Below, piece by piece: positions 37,778 to 47,807 of a stretch of 64,000 bases of DNA. Source of the DNA: Candidatus Foliamicus sp. (GTDB taxonomy: Bacteria; Pseudomonadota; Gammaproteobacteria; Steroidobacterales; Foliamicaceae); assembly GCA_965221325.1 (NCBI GenBank), contig OZ244880.1; one strand, written 5' to 3'. Made by a program: the position numbers and the translations under genes. Positions within the stretch are counted from its first letter, which is position 1. Each line of letters begins with the position of its first letter. Under the pieces are notes generated by a model, which saw only the letters and a program-made list of their open reading frames with translations, ran no database searches and was not told where the DNA came from.

Positions 37778-39055
37778 ATGGCGCGCCGGCTGACCGCCTT
37801 GCTTGCGGCGGCGCTGTTGGCGCCGGCGGCCGGTGCGCAAGCCGAGGACACTACGCTTCCGGCATGGCACCCGTTACGCCTGGACCGGGTGGCCGAAGAG
37901 CGGGAAGAGCCGGCCACATCAATGAGCGAGAGCTTCTACCGGCGCCTTTCGCGCGCTCACGAGGCGCTCAACGAGGACCAGCTCGCCGAGGCGCTGGAGT
38001 TGCTGGACCGAATCCGCGCCGACCGCCTCAGCGACTACGAGGGCGCCCAGCTCTTCCAGACGTATGGCTTTATCTACTCACAGTTGGGCCGCGAAGACGA
38101 AGCCTTCGAAGCCTTCGGCAAGTGCCTGGAGCTGGACGCGCTGCCCACGCCCGTGCAGCAGGGAATCGTGTATTCCATGGCCGGCTACTACGCGAGCCAG
38201 GATCGCTTCGAACAATCCAACGAGACGCTGATGCGCTGGTTCCGCTTTCAGGCCGACCCGATTCCGGACGCCTATATTCTGATGGGCGCCAATTTCGCGC
38301 AGCGCGAAATGATGCGCGAGGCGCTGCCATACGTGGTGCGGGCCAATCAGCTTTCGGCGGAACCCAACGAAAACTGGCGCAATCTGCAGCTCGCCATCCA
38401 CGTGGAATTGGGGCAGTTTCCCGAAGCCATTGCTTTGCTCACGGAGAATATCGGCATCTGGCCCGAAACGCTGCGCTACTACGTCGTGCTGTCCAGCCTC
38501 TACATGCAGACCGAGAACGACGAAGGCGCGCTGGCAGCGCTTACCATCCCCTGGTTTCGTGGCTTGCTGGTGGACGAGACCGATATTCTCAACCTGGTTC
38601 GGCTGAACTTGTTTCTCGAGAACCCCGCCCGCGCCGGGATGATCCTGGACGAGGCGATGCAGCGCGGCTATGTCGAAGAAAATCCCGATAATCTGCGTGT
38701 TCTCATGAATTCCTGGACCATGGCCCGCGAAATGGAACACGCGGTGGAGGCCATCAACAAGCTGGCGCAGCAGTCCGAAGACGGCGAGTACTATCACCGC
38801 AAGGCGATGCTGCTCAACGAAAGTGGCGATTGGGAGGGCGTCGCGGAATCCTGCCGCCTGGCGCTGGAAAAAGGCGGTCTGGAGCGGCCCGGCGATGTCT
38901 GGGTGCTGCTAGGCGTGGCGTTGGCTGAACTGGGCCGCTTCAGCGAAGCAATAGACGCGTTCGAGAGCGCCAAGCGTAACGGCAACGACAACGTTCGCCG
39001 CAACGCCAATGCCTGGATCGGCTACGTCAGGGATCGCAGCGGCGAAACAGGCTGA
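37778..39055 (+). CDS. TPR-repeat periplasmic protein (TtpD-like, last gene of the TonB2-type cluster)
   Basis: It has a signal peptide and multiple TPR-like helical repeats. It sits immediately after tonB. Confidence 0.78.
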   Translation: MARRLTALLAAALLAPAAGAQAEDTTLPAWHPLRLDRVAEEREEPATSMSESFYRRLSRAHEALNEDQLAEALELLDRIRADRLSDYEGAQLFQTYGFIYSQLGREDEAFEAFGKCLELDALPTPVQQGIVYSMAGYYASQDRFEQSNETLMRWFRFQADPIPDAYILMGANFAQREMMREALPYVVRANQLSAEPNENWRNLQLAIHVELGQFPEAIALLTENIGIWPETLRYYVVLSSLYMQTENDEGALAALTIPWFRGLLVDETDILNLVRLNLFLENPARAGMILDEAMQRGYVEENPDNLRVLMNSWTMAREMEHAVEAINKLAQQSEDGEYYHRKAMLLNESGDWEGVAESCRLALEKGGLERPGDVWVLLGVALAELGRFSEAIDAFESAKRNGNDNVRRNANAWIGYVRDRSGETG

Positions 39056-39099
39056 GCCGCATATGGCGCCGGTTCGCGCCGCGCGCATTCCGATTGGCT

Positions 39100-39813
39100 T
39101 TATTGCTCGCCGAGCGCTTTTGCCAGAGCCGCCCGGCACGCTTCCGACAGCAGTTGCGCCTGCCGTGCGCGGCTCACGCCGCTTTCGGCGGTCAGCGGGG
39201 GCAGAAAGCGCACCTGTATGCGCGAGGGTGTGAACAGCCAGGAGCCGGATGGCAGCAGGCGCCGGCAGCCGCTGATGGCCATCGGCGTCACGGGGAGCTT
39301 GCCTGCCACCGCCGCGGCGAAGGCGCCGGAGCGAAAAGGCAGCAAGCCCGGCTGGGGCCTGAACGTGCCTTCCGGGAAGATAGCCAGCGATTGCCCGGTG
39401 CGGGCGGTCTTGAGTATCGCTCTTATGTCGGCAATCCGCGCGGCGCCTTGCTCGCGATCCACGAATACGGAGCCGATGCGGCTGAGCACCACGCCCGCCA
39501 GCGGCGCATGGCGCATTTCGCGCTTGATGACCAGCCGGAAGTGGATCGGGAGTACGGCGCAGAGCAGTACGCCGTCGGCGAAACTGGCATGATTGGCGGC
39601 CACCACGCAAGGTTCTTTCGGCAAGTGCTGAAGCCCGGTTACCTCCGGCCGTGCGCCGCCAAGCCGGAAGATGAGCCGCGACGCCGCCCGGGCGCAGCGC
39701 CGGCAGCGCTGCTCGCCGGGAAGCACCAGTATCGCGAGCGCAGCGCTCAGCGCAATGCAGCAGAATACGGTCCAGCCCCAAAGCGTATAGAGCGCTGTTT
39801 GCAGGCGTGTCAT
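39100..39813 (-). CDS. 1-acyl-sn-glycerol-3-phosphate acyltransferase family protein
   Basis: It has the acyltransferase motifs NHASFADG and FPEGT, plus an N-terminal TM segment. Confidence 0.85.
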   Translation of the reverse strand: MTRLQTALYTLWGWTVFCCIALSAALAILVLPGEQRCRRCARAASRLIFRLGGARPEVTGLQHLPKEPCVVAANHASFADGVLLCAVLPIHFRLVIKREMRHAPLAGVVLSRIGSVFVDREQGAARIADIRAILKTARTGQSLAIFPEGTFRPQPGLLPFRSGAFAAAVAGKLPVTPMAISGCRRLLPSGSWLFTPSRIQVRFLPPLTAESGVSRARQAQLLSEACRAALAKALGEQ

Positions 39814-39827
39814 GGCGCGGAAATTCT

Positions 39828-40718
39828 ATGGCCAACTCGGCATTGATTGATCAATTCATGGACGCCGTCTGGCTGGAGCGAGGGCTGTCCCGGAATACGC
39901 TGAGCGCCTATGGCTCCGACCTTGGGTTACTCGAGAAATGGCTGAGCAAACGGGGTAAGCGCCTGGACCAAGCGCGCCGCACCGACCTGCTGGATTTCGT
40001 GAGCGAGCGGGCGGCGGGCGGCATCCACGCGCGCACGATCTCCCGGCACCTGTCTGCCGCGCGGCGCTTCTATGGCTACCTGCTGCGGGAGGGTCTGATC
40101 GACCAGGATCCGTCGGCGCGTATACCGAGCCCGCGGCTCGGCCGGCCGCTGCCGCATAGCCTGGCCGAAAGCGAAGTGGAAGCGTTATTGGATGCGCCGT
40201 CGCTGGACGATCCGCTGGGCGCGCGCGACCGCTGCATGATGGAAGTGCTCTACGCCACCGGCTTGCGGGTCAGCGAACTGATCAGCCTGAACCTGACACA
40301 AATCAACCTGTCCAACGGCGTGTTGCGGGTGCGCGGCAAAGGCGCAAAGGAGCGGCTTGTGCCGTTGGGCGAAGAGGCGGCGCACTGGGTGCGTGACTAC
40401 TTGAGCGGCGCGCGGGCGGAAATACTGGGCGCGCGCAACAGCGAGGCCCTATTCCCGACCCGCAGGGGCAAGCCCATGACGCGCCAGGCGTTCTGGCAGC
40501 GCCTGCGCAAGTACGGCGCGGTAGCAGGAATACGCGAGCCTCTTTCTCCGCACCGCCTGCGCCACGCTTTCGCCACTCATCTGCTCGATCATGGCGCGGA
40601 CTTGCGCGCCGTGCAGATGCTGCTGGGACACAGCAGCCTTTCGACCACGCAGATCTACACCCAGGTTGCGCGCAAGAGGCTGCGCGACCTGCACCGCCGG
40701 CACCATCCGCGCGCCTGA
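39828..40718 (+). CDS. xerD: Site-specific tyrosine recombinase XerD
   Basis: It begins IDQFMDAVWLERGLSRNTLSAYGSDL. It carries the catalytic residues R...HRLRHAFATHLL...LLGHSSLSTTQIYTQV. Confidence 0.9.
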   Translation: MANSALIDQFMDAVWLERGLSRNTLSAYGSDLGLLEKWLSKRGKRLDQARRTDLLDFVSERAAGGIHARTISRHLSAARRFYGYLLREGLIDQDPSARIPSPRLGRPLPHSLAESEVEALLDAPSLDDPLGARDRCMMEVLYATGLRVSELISLNLTQINLSNGVLRVRGKGAKERLVPLGEEAAHWVRDYLSGARAEILGARNSEALFPTRRGKPMTRQAFWQRLRKYGAVAGIREPLSPHRLRHAFATHLLDHGADLRAVQMLLGHSSLSTTQIYTQVARKRLRDLHRRHHPRA

Positions 40719-40748
40719 TGCGCACATTGCGCCAAGCCGCAGGGGACC

Positions 40749-41729
40749 TTAATCGACGCTGAGGATCAGCTTGCCCTGAGTAAGGTTGGCTTCCATCATG
40801 GTATGCGCCTCATGTGCTTTCTCCAGCGGAAAGCAGCGTTGGATGACCGGACGCAGGCTGCCGTCTTCGAGCAGTGGCCACAGGTTGGCCTGCACGGCCC
40901 GCGCAATATCCGCCTTGTCTTCGATGCTGCGCGGGCGCAGCGTGGAACCCGTGATCGACAGCCGCGCCATCATGATTCGGCGCAGGTCCAGTTCAGTCTT
41001 GGGGCCGCCCAAAGCTGCGATCAGCACCAGCCGCCCGCCCGGGCTCAGGCAACGCAGGTTATCGCGCAGGTAGGGCCCTCCGACCATGCAGAGGATCACG
41101 TCCGCGCCTTTGCCGTCGCAAGCCTCCATGAACGCCTCCGGCCAGTTTTCGGTCCGTCGGCATGCGCCGCTCCAGGCTCCGAGCTGGCGGCAGAAGCGCA
41201 CTTTCTCCTCACTGCCGGCAGTTACGAATACACGTGTTCCCAAAGCTCGGCCGATCTGAATGGCTGCGCATCCGATTCCGCTCGCGCCGCCGTGGACGAG
41301 CAGCGTGTTGCCCGCTGCAAGCCGGCCCGAATCGATCAGGTTGGTCCATACGGTGAACCACGTTTCCGGTATGGCTGCGGCTTCCGTCAGCGACACGGAA
41401 TCGGGTACCGGCAGACAATGCGCCGCGTAGGCAAGGCAATATTCCGCATAACCCCCGCCGGCCACCAGTGCGCACACCCGCTGGCCGGCGGCAAGGCCAT
41501 CCACATCCGAACCCACGGATTCGATAATTCCCGACACCTCCAGGCCCGGCCAGTCGGGCGCTCCAGGTGGAGGCGGGTAATGCCCTTGCCGCTGCATGCA
41601 ATCCGGGCGGTTGACGCCGGCGGCTTTAACTCGGATCAGTACTTGGCCGGAAGAGGGAACCGGCTTGGGGCGCTCTTCGATGCGCAGGACTTCCGGACCC
41701 CCGGGTTCGGAAATCGCTACCACGCGCAT
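40749..41729 (-). CDS. NAD(P)H:quinone oxidoreductase (MDR/zeta-crystallin, PIG3-like)
   Basis: It begins MRVVAISEPGGPEVLRIEERPKP and contains AAGVNRPD and the NADPH motif VHGGASGIG. The start is taken at 41729, since the tracked ORF extension is Arg-rich junk. Confidence 0.88.
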   Translation of the reverse strand: MRVVAISEPGGPEVLRIEERPKPVPSSGQVLIRVKAAGVNRPDCMQRQGHYPPPPGAPDWPGLEVSGIIESVGSDVDGLAAGQRVCALVAGGGYAEYCLAYAAHCLPVPDSVSLTEAAAIPETWFTVWTNLIDSGRLAAGNTLLVHGGASGIGCAAIQIGRALGTRVFVTAGSEEKVRFCRQLGAWSGACRRTENWPEAFMEACDGKGADVILCMVGGPYLRDNLRCLSPGGRLVLIAALGGPKTELDLRRIMMARLSITGSTLRPRSIEDKADIARAVQANLWPLLEDGSLRPVIQRCFPLEKAHEAHTMMEANLTQGKLILSVD

Positions 41730-41836
41730 GGGATTGGGAAGGTCATCGTAAAGAAGCCATGATCGGCTCGGCTGACGCCGGGAGTATAGTCCGTTCCCGC
41801 GTTCAGCGAGGATCCCTAGTGCGATAGGATACGAAC

Positions 41837-42898
41837 ATGCCGGATACCAAGAACAGCGAGCCGAATCTCGCCGCCTTGCAGGGCGGAATGCGCGATGCCT
41901 TCGAGCGCCCATTGCGCGACCTGCGCGTGTCCGTCATGGACCGATGCAACTTTCGCTGCCCCTACTGCATGCCGGAAGACATCTACGACCGCAAGTTTCG
42001 TTTCATCTCCAGTGAGCAGCGGCTGTCATTTGCCGAAATCCTGCGGCTTGCGAACCTGTTCGCCGGCTTGGGCGTGAGCAAGCTGCGCATTACCGGGGGC
42101 GAGCCGCTGTTGCGGGCTGGGCTGGCGGACCTGGTTGGTGATCTTTCTCGCCTGAAGGGCATAGACGACATCGCGCTCACTACCAATGGCGTGCTCCTGG
42201 CGCAACAGGCGGCCCAGCTCGCCGCGGCAGGACTGGATCGTGTAACCGTGAGCCTGGATGCCGTTGATGAAGAGCTGTTTCGGCGCATGAGCGGCGGCCG
42301 GGGACGCTTGCAGTCGGTGCTCGACGGCATAGCCGAAGCGCGCGCTGCCGGGCTGGAGCCGATCAAGATCAATGCAGTGATTCAACGCGGCGTGAACGAT
42401 GACCATGTTCTCGATCTGGTAGAACATTTTCGCGGCAGCGGAATGATCCTGCGGCTGATCGAATACATGGATGTGGGCACGATAAACAACTGGAACGCTT
42501 CGCAGACCGTGCCGGCAGCGGAACTGCTCAAGCGCATTCAGAGCACTTGGCCGCTGCGCGCGCTGGACGCCAATTACCCCGGCGAGGTCGCCCGGCGCTA
42601 TGCATTCGCCGACGGGCAGGGCGAGTTGGGATTCATCACCTCGGTTACGCAACCCTTCTGCGGCACCTGCAACCGGGCCCGGCTGTCATCGGACGGCCGC
42701 TTGTTTACCTGCCTGTTTGCGACCGAAGGACTCGACCTGCGCGGTCCGCTGCGCGCTGGGGCCAGTGACGCCACGCTGCTGCAGTTGATACGCGAGCGTT
42801 GGACCGCGCGGCGAGACCGCTACAGCGAGCTGCGTGCTTCGCTGCCGCCACGGAAGACGGTCGGCGGCAAGGTGGAGATGTACTACATCGGCGGATAA
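41837..42898 (+). CDS. moaA: GTP 3',8-cyclase (molybdenum cofactor biosynthesis protein A)
   Basis: It has the radical-SAM motif CNFRCPYCMP, the C-terminal cluster CGTCNRARLS and a terminal GG. Confidence 0.95.
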   Translation: MPDTKNSEPNLAALQGGMRDAFERPLRDLRVSVMDRCNFRCPYCMPEDIYDRKFRFISSEQRLSFAEILRLANLFAGLGVSKLRITGGEPLLRAGLADLVGDLSRLKGIDDIALTTNGVLLAQQAAQLAAAGLDRVTVSLDAVDEELFRRMSGGRGRLQSVLDGIAEARAAGLEPIKINAVIQRGVNDDHVLDLVEHFRGSGMILRLIEYMDVGTINNWNASQTVPAAELLKRIQSTWPLRALDANYPGEVARRYAFADGQGELGFITSVTQPFCGTCNRARLSSDGRLFTCLFATEGLDLRGPLRAGASDATLLQLIRERWTARRDRYSELRASLPPRKTVGGKVEMYYIGG

Positions 42899-43003
42899 GC
42901 ACGGCGAATCGCCTTTGCGCGGCGCCAAGTTTGGCTTCGCAGGACAACGGAAGCCGACTTATGTATGATGCTAAGTCAAGTTTGCCCGTTGGGGGAGGGG
43001 TAA

Positions 43004-43708
43004 ATGGCGTTTGCAAGGGAGGTCGTTGCCGTAGCAGTTGTTACTGTGCTTGTGACCATGCCGCTTGCCGCCGACGGGCAGGAGACCGTCCCACTTTCCG
43101 CCAACGTCACGCTCACAAGCGACTATGTTTTTCGCGGTTACACGCAAACCTCGGAGGACCTCGCTGTGCAAGGCGGCTTGGACTGGGAAGGCGAAAGCGG
43201 CTGGAGCATCGGTGTCTGGGGGTCGAATCTGGATTTCGGTCCCGGCGATGACGCCTCGCTGGAACTGGACATCTACGGCGGTTATTCCTGGCAGGTGAAC
43301 AATACGAGCTATGGCGCGGGATTGATCTATTACGCCTATCCGGGAGCCGGTAGCGAATCGGACTACGGTTTCATTGAAGCCTACGCCAGCCTGGGACATG
43401 ACTTCGAGGCCGCGTCACTGTCCGCTGCCTTGCATTTCACTCCCGATAACTTTGGCGGCACCGGCAATGGCTGGTATGTCACGGGCGGATTGGCGCGGGC
43501 GTTGTCGGATGCATGGAGTGTGGATGCCAACGTAGGCTTTTCGCAGGTCACGCCCGAGTTCGGGGAGGATTACCTGGACTGGAACCTCGGATTGAGCTAC
43601 AGCTTTTCCGCGCTGGCGCTGGACCTGCGCTACCACGATACCGACGCGCCGGCCTGCACGGATGCTTGCGACTCCCGCATCGTGCTGAGCGTGTCGGCCG
43701 GATTTTGA
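43004..43708 (+). CDS. TorF-family (TIGR02001-like) putative outer-membrane porin
   Basis: It has a signal peptide and the motif LTSDYVFRGYTQT with an alternating beta-strand pattern. Its position upstream of amt is a recurrent arrangement. Confidence 0.72.
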   Translation: MAFAREVVAVAVVTVLVTMPLAADGQETVPLSANVTLTSDYVFRGYTQTSEDLAVQGGLDWEGESGWSIGVWGSNLDFGPGDDASLELDIYGGYSWQVNNTSYGAGLIYYAYPGAGSESDYGFIEAYASLGHDFEAASLSAALHFTPDNFGGTGNGWYVTGGLARALSDAWSVDANVGFSQVTPEFGEDYLDWNLGLSYSFSALALDLRYHDTDAPACTDACDSRIVLSVSAGF

Positions 43709-43804
43709 GAATTGCGGCCACGGAGTGCCTTAATGGCAGCCGAGCCGGCGCGCAAGCATGCCTGAAATGAGCGCGGCAAGCGCATTTCCTGGGAGAACGA
43801 TTCC

Positions 43805-45193
43805 ATGACGACACGCAAGAGTTCCTGGCGCCAGGCCTGGATGTGGCTGGGTGTGGCCGGGCTGGCCGGCATGGTATTTCTGGCCCCGGTGGCCCGGGCC
43901 GCCACAGATGCACAACTTGACTTTGTGCTGAACACCTTCGCTTTTCTGGTCTGGGGAGCGTTGATCATGTGGATGTGCGCCGGGTTCACGATGCTGGAAT
44001 CGGGATCGGTGCGCACCAAGAATGCATCCGTGATCTGCATGAAGAATATCGGCCTCTACTCGATTGCCGGGATCACCTTCTACCTCGTGGGCTACAACCT
44101 GATGTACGTGGATGTCGGCAGTTTTGTGGGCACATTCACGTTCGGCTACGGCCCTTCGGATGCAGAGCGCGCCTTGCTGGAGGCAGTGGGTTCGGACGCG
44201 GGCGAGGCGGCCATTGCGGCCGCCGCCGAGGCTGTTGCGGGGAATGGCTATTCGGTGATGTCGGATTGGTTCTTCCAGATGGTGTTCGTGGCCACCACGG
44301 CCTCCATCGTTTCCGGCGCGCTGGCGGAAAGGGTCAAGCTTTGGTCTTTTTTCCTGTTCACGGCCTTACTGACTGCGGTCATCTACCCGATCGTCGGGGC
44401 TTGGACCTGGGGCGGCGGCTGGCTCAGCGAACTGGGCTTCAGCGACTTTGCGGGTTCCACGATCGTCCATTCCACCGGTGGTTGGGCGGCGCTGGCCGGC
44501 GCCTTGGTTGTCGGTCCGCGGCTGGGCAAGTTTCGCGCCGACGGCAGCACCAAGATCACCCCGCCGTCCAACGTGCCGGTTGTGACGCTGGGCGTGTTCA
44601 TTCTTTGGCTGGGGTGGTTCGGATTCAACGGCGGTTCGCAACTGGCCTTGGGAGGCGTCGAGAACGCTGTGGGAATGAGTGTAGTACTCGTGAACACCAA
44701 CCTGGCCGCCGCCGGCGGCGTATTGGCGGCACTGACCGTATCTCGCCCGCTGTTCAAGCGGGTGGATCTGATGGCCGTGCTGAACGGCGCGATTGCCGGG
44801 CTCGTTTCGATTACGGCCGGGCCCGATGTCCTGCCGCACTGGGTGGCGCTGCTTATCGGCGCCGTGGGTGGCGCGCTTTGCGCCACCGGCATGAAATTGT
44901 TCGAATACTTGCACATTGATGACGTGGTGGGCGCGGTGCCGGCGCACTTGGTGGCAGGCGTATGGGGAACGCTGGCGGTCTGCATTGCTGGCGGCTACAG
45001 CTTCGGAGTACAATTGCTCGGTGTTGCTGCCGTTGGCGCGTTCGTGTTCGGTTTTTCGTGGCTGGCATGGACGGCGATTGCGAAAGTGATCGGGGCTCGG
45101 GTGTCGCAAACGGTGGAGGAACTGGGACAGGATACTGCCGAGTTGGGCATTGAGGCCTATCCCGAGTTCGTGCTGATGCCGGACAACGATTAG
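43805..45193 (+). CDS. amt: Ammonium transporter
   Basis: It has about 11 TM segments and the Amt signatures DFAGSTIVHSTGGWAAL and VGAVPAHLVAGVWGTL. Confidence 0.93.
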   Translation: MTTRKSSWRQAWMWLGVAGLAGMVFLAPVARAATDAQLDFVLNTFAFLVWGALIMWMCAGFTMLESGSVRTKNASVICMKNIGLYSIAGITFYLVGYNLMYVDVGSFVGTFTFGYGPSDAERALLEAVGSDAGEAAIAAAAEAVAGNGYSVMSDWFFQMVFVATTASIVSGALAERVKLWSFFLFTALLTAVIYPIVGAWTWGGGWLSELGFSDFAGSTIVHSTGGWAALAGALVVGPRLGKFRADGSTKITPPSNVPVVTLGVFILWLGWFGFNGGSQLALGGVENAVGMSVVLVNTNLAAAGGVLAALTVSRPLFKRVDLMAVLNGAIAGLVSITAGPDVLPHWVALLIGAVGGALCATGMKLFEYLHIDDVVGAVPAHLVAGVWGTLAVCIAGGYSFGVQLLGVAAVGAFVFGFSWLAWTAIAKVIGARVSQTVEELGQDTAELGIEAYPEFVLMPDND

Positions 45194-45264
45194 CGGCACG
45201 GCGGATATGCAGTGGGCATCCGCGAGTCGGATGTCTGCACGGGCTGGTTTTTGGAGCAAGAAGA

Positions 45265-45600
45265 ATGGATATCCCGATTGAGCGCAACAACGGTACGCTG
45301 ATAGCCGCACCTTCGGGGCGCATCGACGGTTTCAACGCGCAGGATTTTCATCAGACGCTTACCGGTGCAATCAGCGGCGACGATTCTGCGGTCATCGTGG
45401 ATTTGAGCGGCTTGAACTACATTAGCAGCGCGGGCTTGAGGGCCGTCCTCATGATTGCCAAGGCGCTTTGGCAGCGCGACGCCAAGTTCATGCTGTGCGC
45501 TTTATCGAGTTCAATCGGCGAAGTGTTCAAGATGAGCGGTTTCGACAAGATCATCGAAATCCATGCCAGCAAGGAGGATGCGCTGGCTACATTGAGCTAG
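45265..45600 (+). CDS. STAS-domain anti-sigma-factor antagonist (RsbV/SpoIIAA-like)
   Basis: It is 111 aa and contains LNYISSAGLRAVL, which holds the conserved phosphorylatable Ser context. Confidence 0.85.
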   Translation: MDIPIERNNGTLIAAPSGRIDGFNAQDFHQTLTGAISGDDSAVIVDLSGLNYISSAGLRAVLMIAKALWQRDAKFMLCALSSSIGEVFKMSGFDKIIEIHASKEDALATLS

Positions 45601-45623
45601 GGGCCGCTCCGGTCGCGGCGCGG

Positions 45624-47807
45624 TCAGGCGCCGGCTTCGACTTCCAGCGACAACGGAAGCCGCACGGTTATTTCTGTCGTCTGCCCGGCTTCTGTGTCCA
45701 CGGCAATTTCGCCGCCGTGCTGGCGTACGATGTCGTTGGATAGCGCCAAGCCCAAGCCAGTGCCCTGATCTGTCGGCTTGGTGGTGAAGAACGGATTGAA
45801 TATCTTGCCCAGGATGTCGTCCGGAATGCCTCCGCCATTGTCGCGTATCGCGATCTCGACAGCCTCCGGAGTCCGGCGGGTTTTCAGCCAAAGACACGGC
45901 TCGTAGGCCGAATCGTTGCCGTCGGCGTTTTCCCGCTGCCTGCGGTCGTGGGTCGCATGACAGGCATTGGTCACGATATTGAGGAATACCCGGCCCAACT
46001 CCTGCGAAACGACATTCATTTCCTTGACATCGCTGCTCAAGTCCTCCTTGATGCTCAGGTTGAATTTCTGGTCGGCAGCGCGCGCGCTGTGGTAGGCAAG
46101 CCGCGCGTGCTCCTCCAATAGGGAATTGATGTCCGTGGGCTGCGCTTCGCCTGTTCCTCTGCCCATCTTGAGCATGTCGCGCACGATGCGATTGGCGCGC
46201 TGCCCGTGGTGTTGAATGCGCTCCAGATTGGAATTGACGTCGCCGCAGATTTCTTCGAGCAAGCCGCGGTCGTCCGCGCTTAGTTGACCATCACCCTCCT
46301 TGATCACCTCGCGCAATTCGTCCAGCAGTTCGACGGACACTTCCGAGAAATTCTTGACGAAATTGAGTGGATTCTGAATTTCATGCGCCACGCCTGCGGT
46401 CAATTCGCCCAATTCGGCGAGTTTCTCCCGCATCACGATCTGGTTCTGGGCGCGCTTGAGGTCCTCCAGCACCTGCTCCAGCTCGACGTTCTTGTCGCGT
46501 AGCTCCTGCGCCATGCGTTCCATCAGGTCGAGCCGCTGCGCTTTCAGCGACGCTTCGCGGAACACTTCAAGCGCGGCGGCCATGTCCGCGACTTCGTCCC
46601 GTCCGCTCACGTCCACTTTGGTCTTGAGATCGCCCGCCGCCATGCGCCGCATGCGCCGCGAGAGCGCCTCCAGGCGACGCAGGAGCCCCCCCACGAATAG
46701 CGAACCCATCAGCAAGGCTGCCGCGATGGCGGCGGCCGTAACGCTCAGCAGCAGGGTGCGTCCGGTATCGATGGTTTCGTTGGCGATGGCCGCCGAGGCC
46801 CGGGCGCTATCGCGCGCCCCATCCACCATACCTTCCGCCGCTGCGCTCAGTTCGATTTCCAGGCTGCGGTTGTCGGCCAGCAAGCGTCGTTCCTGCGCGG
46901 CGAGTTCAAGTTCCTGCCGCCGCAGGGCAAAGGCGGCTTCTGCGCCGCTGCCCAGACGCAGCAATTGCGCTAACGCGGCCGTCAGCGCTTCTTCCTCGGG
47001 CGGGTCACGCAGGCTAGCCAAGTTGCGGGCGATGGCTTCGGAAGCCGACTCGAAACTCTCCAGCAGCGGCTCAAGACGCTGCGGGTCCGTCACGCTGAAG
47101 GCCCTGTCCAGCAGTTGCACCGCGTTTTCGACGTTGACATCGAGATCGGCCAGCCGGCGGTAGCGGACCATTTCGAGCTCGGACATATGCCGTTCGCGCG
47201 CCGCGGGCTCCGAATCAAGGTCGCGGTATCCGGTGATCGTGAAGAAGTACTGATCGTCGATAGCCGGTCCCAATATGCGCCGCAGACTTTCATGCACCAC
47301 CGGCACTTCGTCCTGCAGCTCTCGTGTACGGCGCGCAATCAGGAATCTTTCCTCGACCGAGCGGTCAAGCTGTTCGATATTGGCCAGCAGCGCGGCTGCC
47401 CCGCTGCGCATTCTTCGAATGCTTTGGTCATCGGCGGCCTGCCGCTCAAGATCGTCGATCAGAGACTCGAAAACACGCCGATCACCGGTCACGGACTCCC
47501 GCACTTCCTCCAGTTCCGGCAAGGTTCCCGCTGCCGCCAATCTGGGCGCAGCCGCAACCAGAGTGCCGCTTTGCTCGGCGACGGCAAAAGCTCCCGTGAT
47601 CTGCGGCAGACTGTGTTCCACAACCAAGCGTTGCGTGTCCGCCACGGTATTGAAGGCAAACCAACTGTTGATACTGGCAGCCACGAACAGCAGCAATGCC
47701 ACGCCAATGCCCAGGTACATGCGAACCGAAATCTTGTGGCGTTTTTCGAGCACTCCAAGCAAGCGCTTGCGAGGCCCGCCACCGGCTGCGCCGCGGTCGG
47801 CGTTCAC
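45624..47807 (-). CDS. Sensor histidine kinase (periplasmic sensor region, HAMP, HisKA, HATPase)
   Basis: Two TM segments flank a domain of about 300 aa. A HAMP domain follows, then the H-box AGVAHEIQNPLNF, the N/G boxes and DNGGGIP...GTGLGL. Confidence 0.88.
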   Translation of the reverse strand: MNADRGAAGGGPRKRLLGVLEKRHKISVRMYLGIGVALLLFVAASINSWFAFNTVADTQRLVVEHSLPQITGAFAVAEQSGTLVAAAPRLAAAGTLPELEEVRESVTGDRRVFESLIDDLERQAADDQSIRRMRSGAAALLANIEQLDRSVEERFLIARRTRELQDEVPVVHESLRRILGPAIDDQYFFTITGYRDLDSEPAARERHMSELEMVRYRRLADLDVNVENAVQLLDRAFSVTDPQRLEPLLESFESASEAIARNLASLRDPPEEEALTAALAQLLRLGSGAEAAFALRRQELELAAQERRLLADNRSLEIELSAAAEGMVDGARDSARASAAIANETIDTGRTLLLSVTAAAIAAALLMGSLFVGGLLRRLEALSRRMRRMAAGDLKTKVDVSGRDEVADMAAALEVFREASLKAQRLDLMERMAQELRDKNVELEQVLEDLKRAQNQIVMREKLAELGELTAGVAHEIQNPLNFVKNFSEVSVELLDELREVIKEGDGQLSADDRGLLEEICGDVNSNLERIQHHGQRANRIVRDMLKMGRGTGEAQPTDINSLLEEHARLAYHSARAADQKFNLSIKEDLSSDVKEMNVVSQELGRVFLNIVTNACHATHDRRQRENADGNDSAYEPCLWLKTRRTPEAVEIAIRDNGGGIPDDILGKIFNPFFTTKPTDQGTGLGLALSNDIVRQHGGEIAVDTEAGQTTEITVRLPLSLEVEAGA

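Noticed and set aside
41730-41836. A molybdenum-cofactor riboswitch upstream of moaA, and an FMN riboswitch in the rib operon.
   Set aside because: The moaA leader is only about 107 nt, and I could not see the conserved Moco-element helices. The rib genes are packed with essentially no leader in which an FMN element could sit.
43709-43804. A sigma-54 (-24/-12) promoter upstream of amt (tggcagccgagccggc), and a similar-looking tggcactgttggcaa at about 62245.
   Set aside because: In both cases the GG/GC spacing does not fit the TGGCAC-N5-TTGC geometry.
45194-45264. A rho-independent terminator after amt (GCGGAT-n11-ATCCGC followed further on by GGTTTTT).
   Set aside because: The stem is short with a large loop, and the T-run is not adjacent to it. 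It is not convincing by eye.
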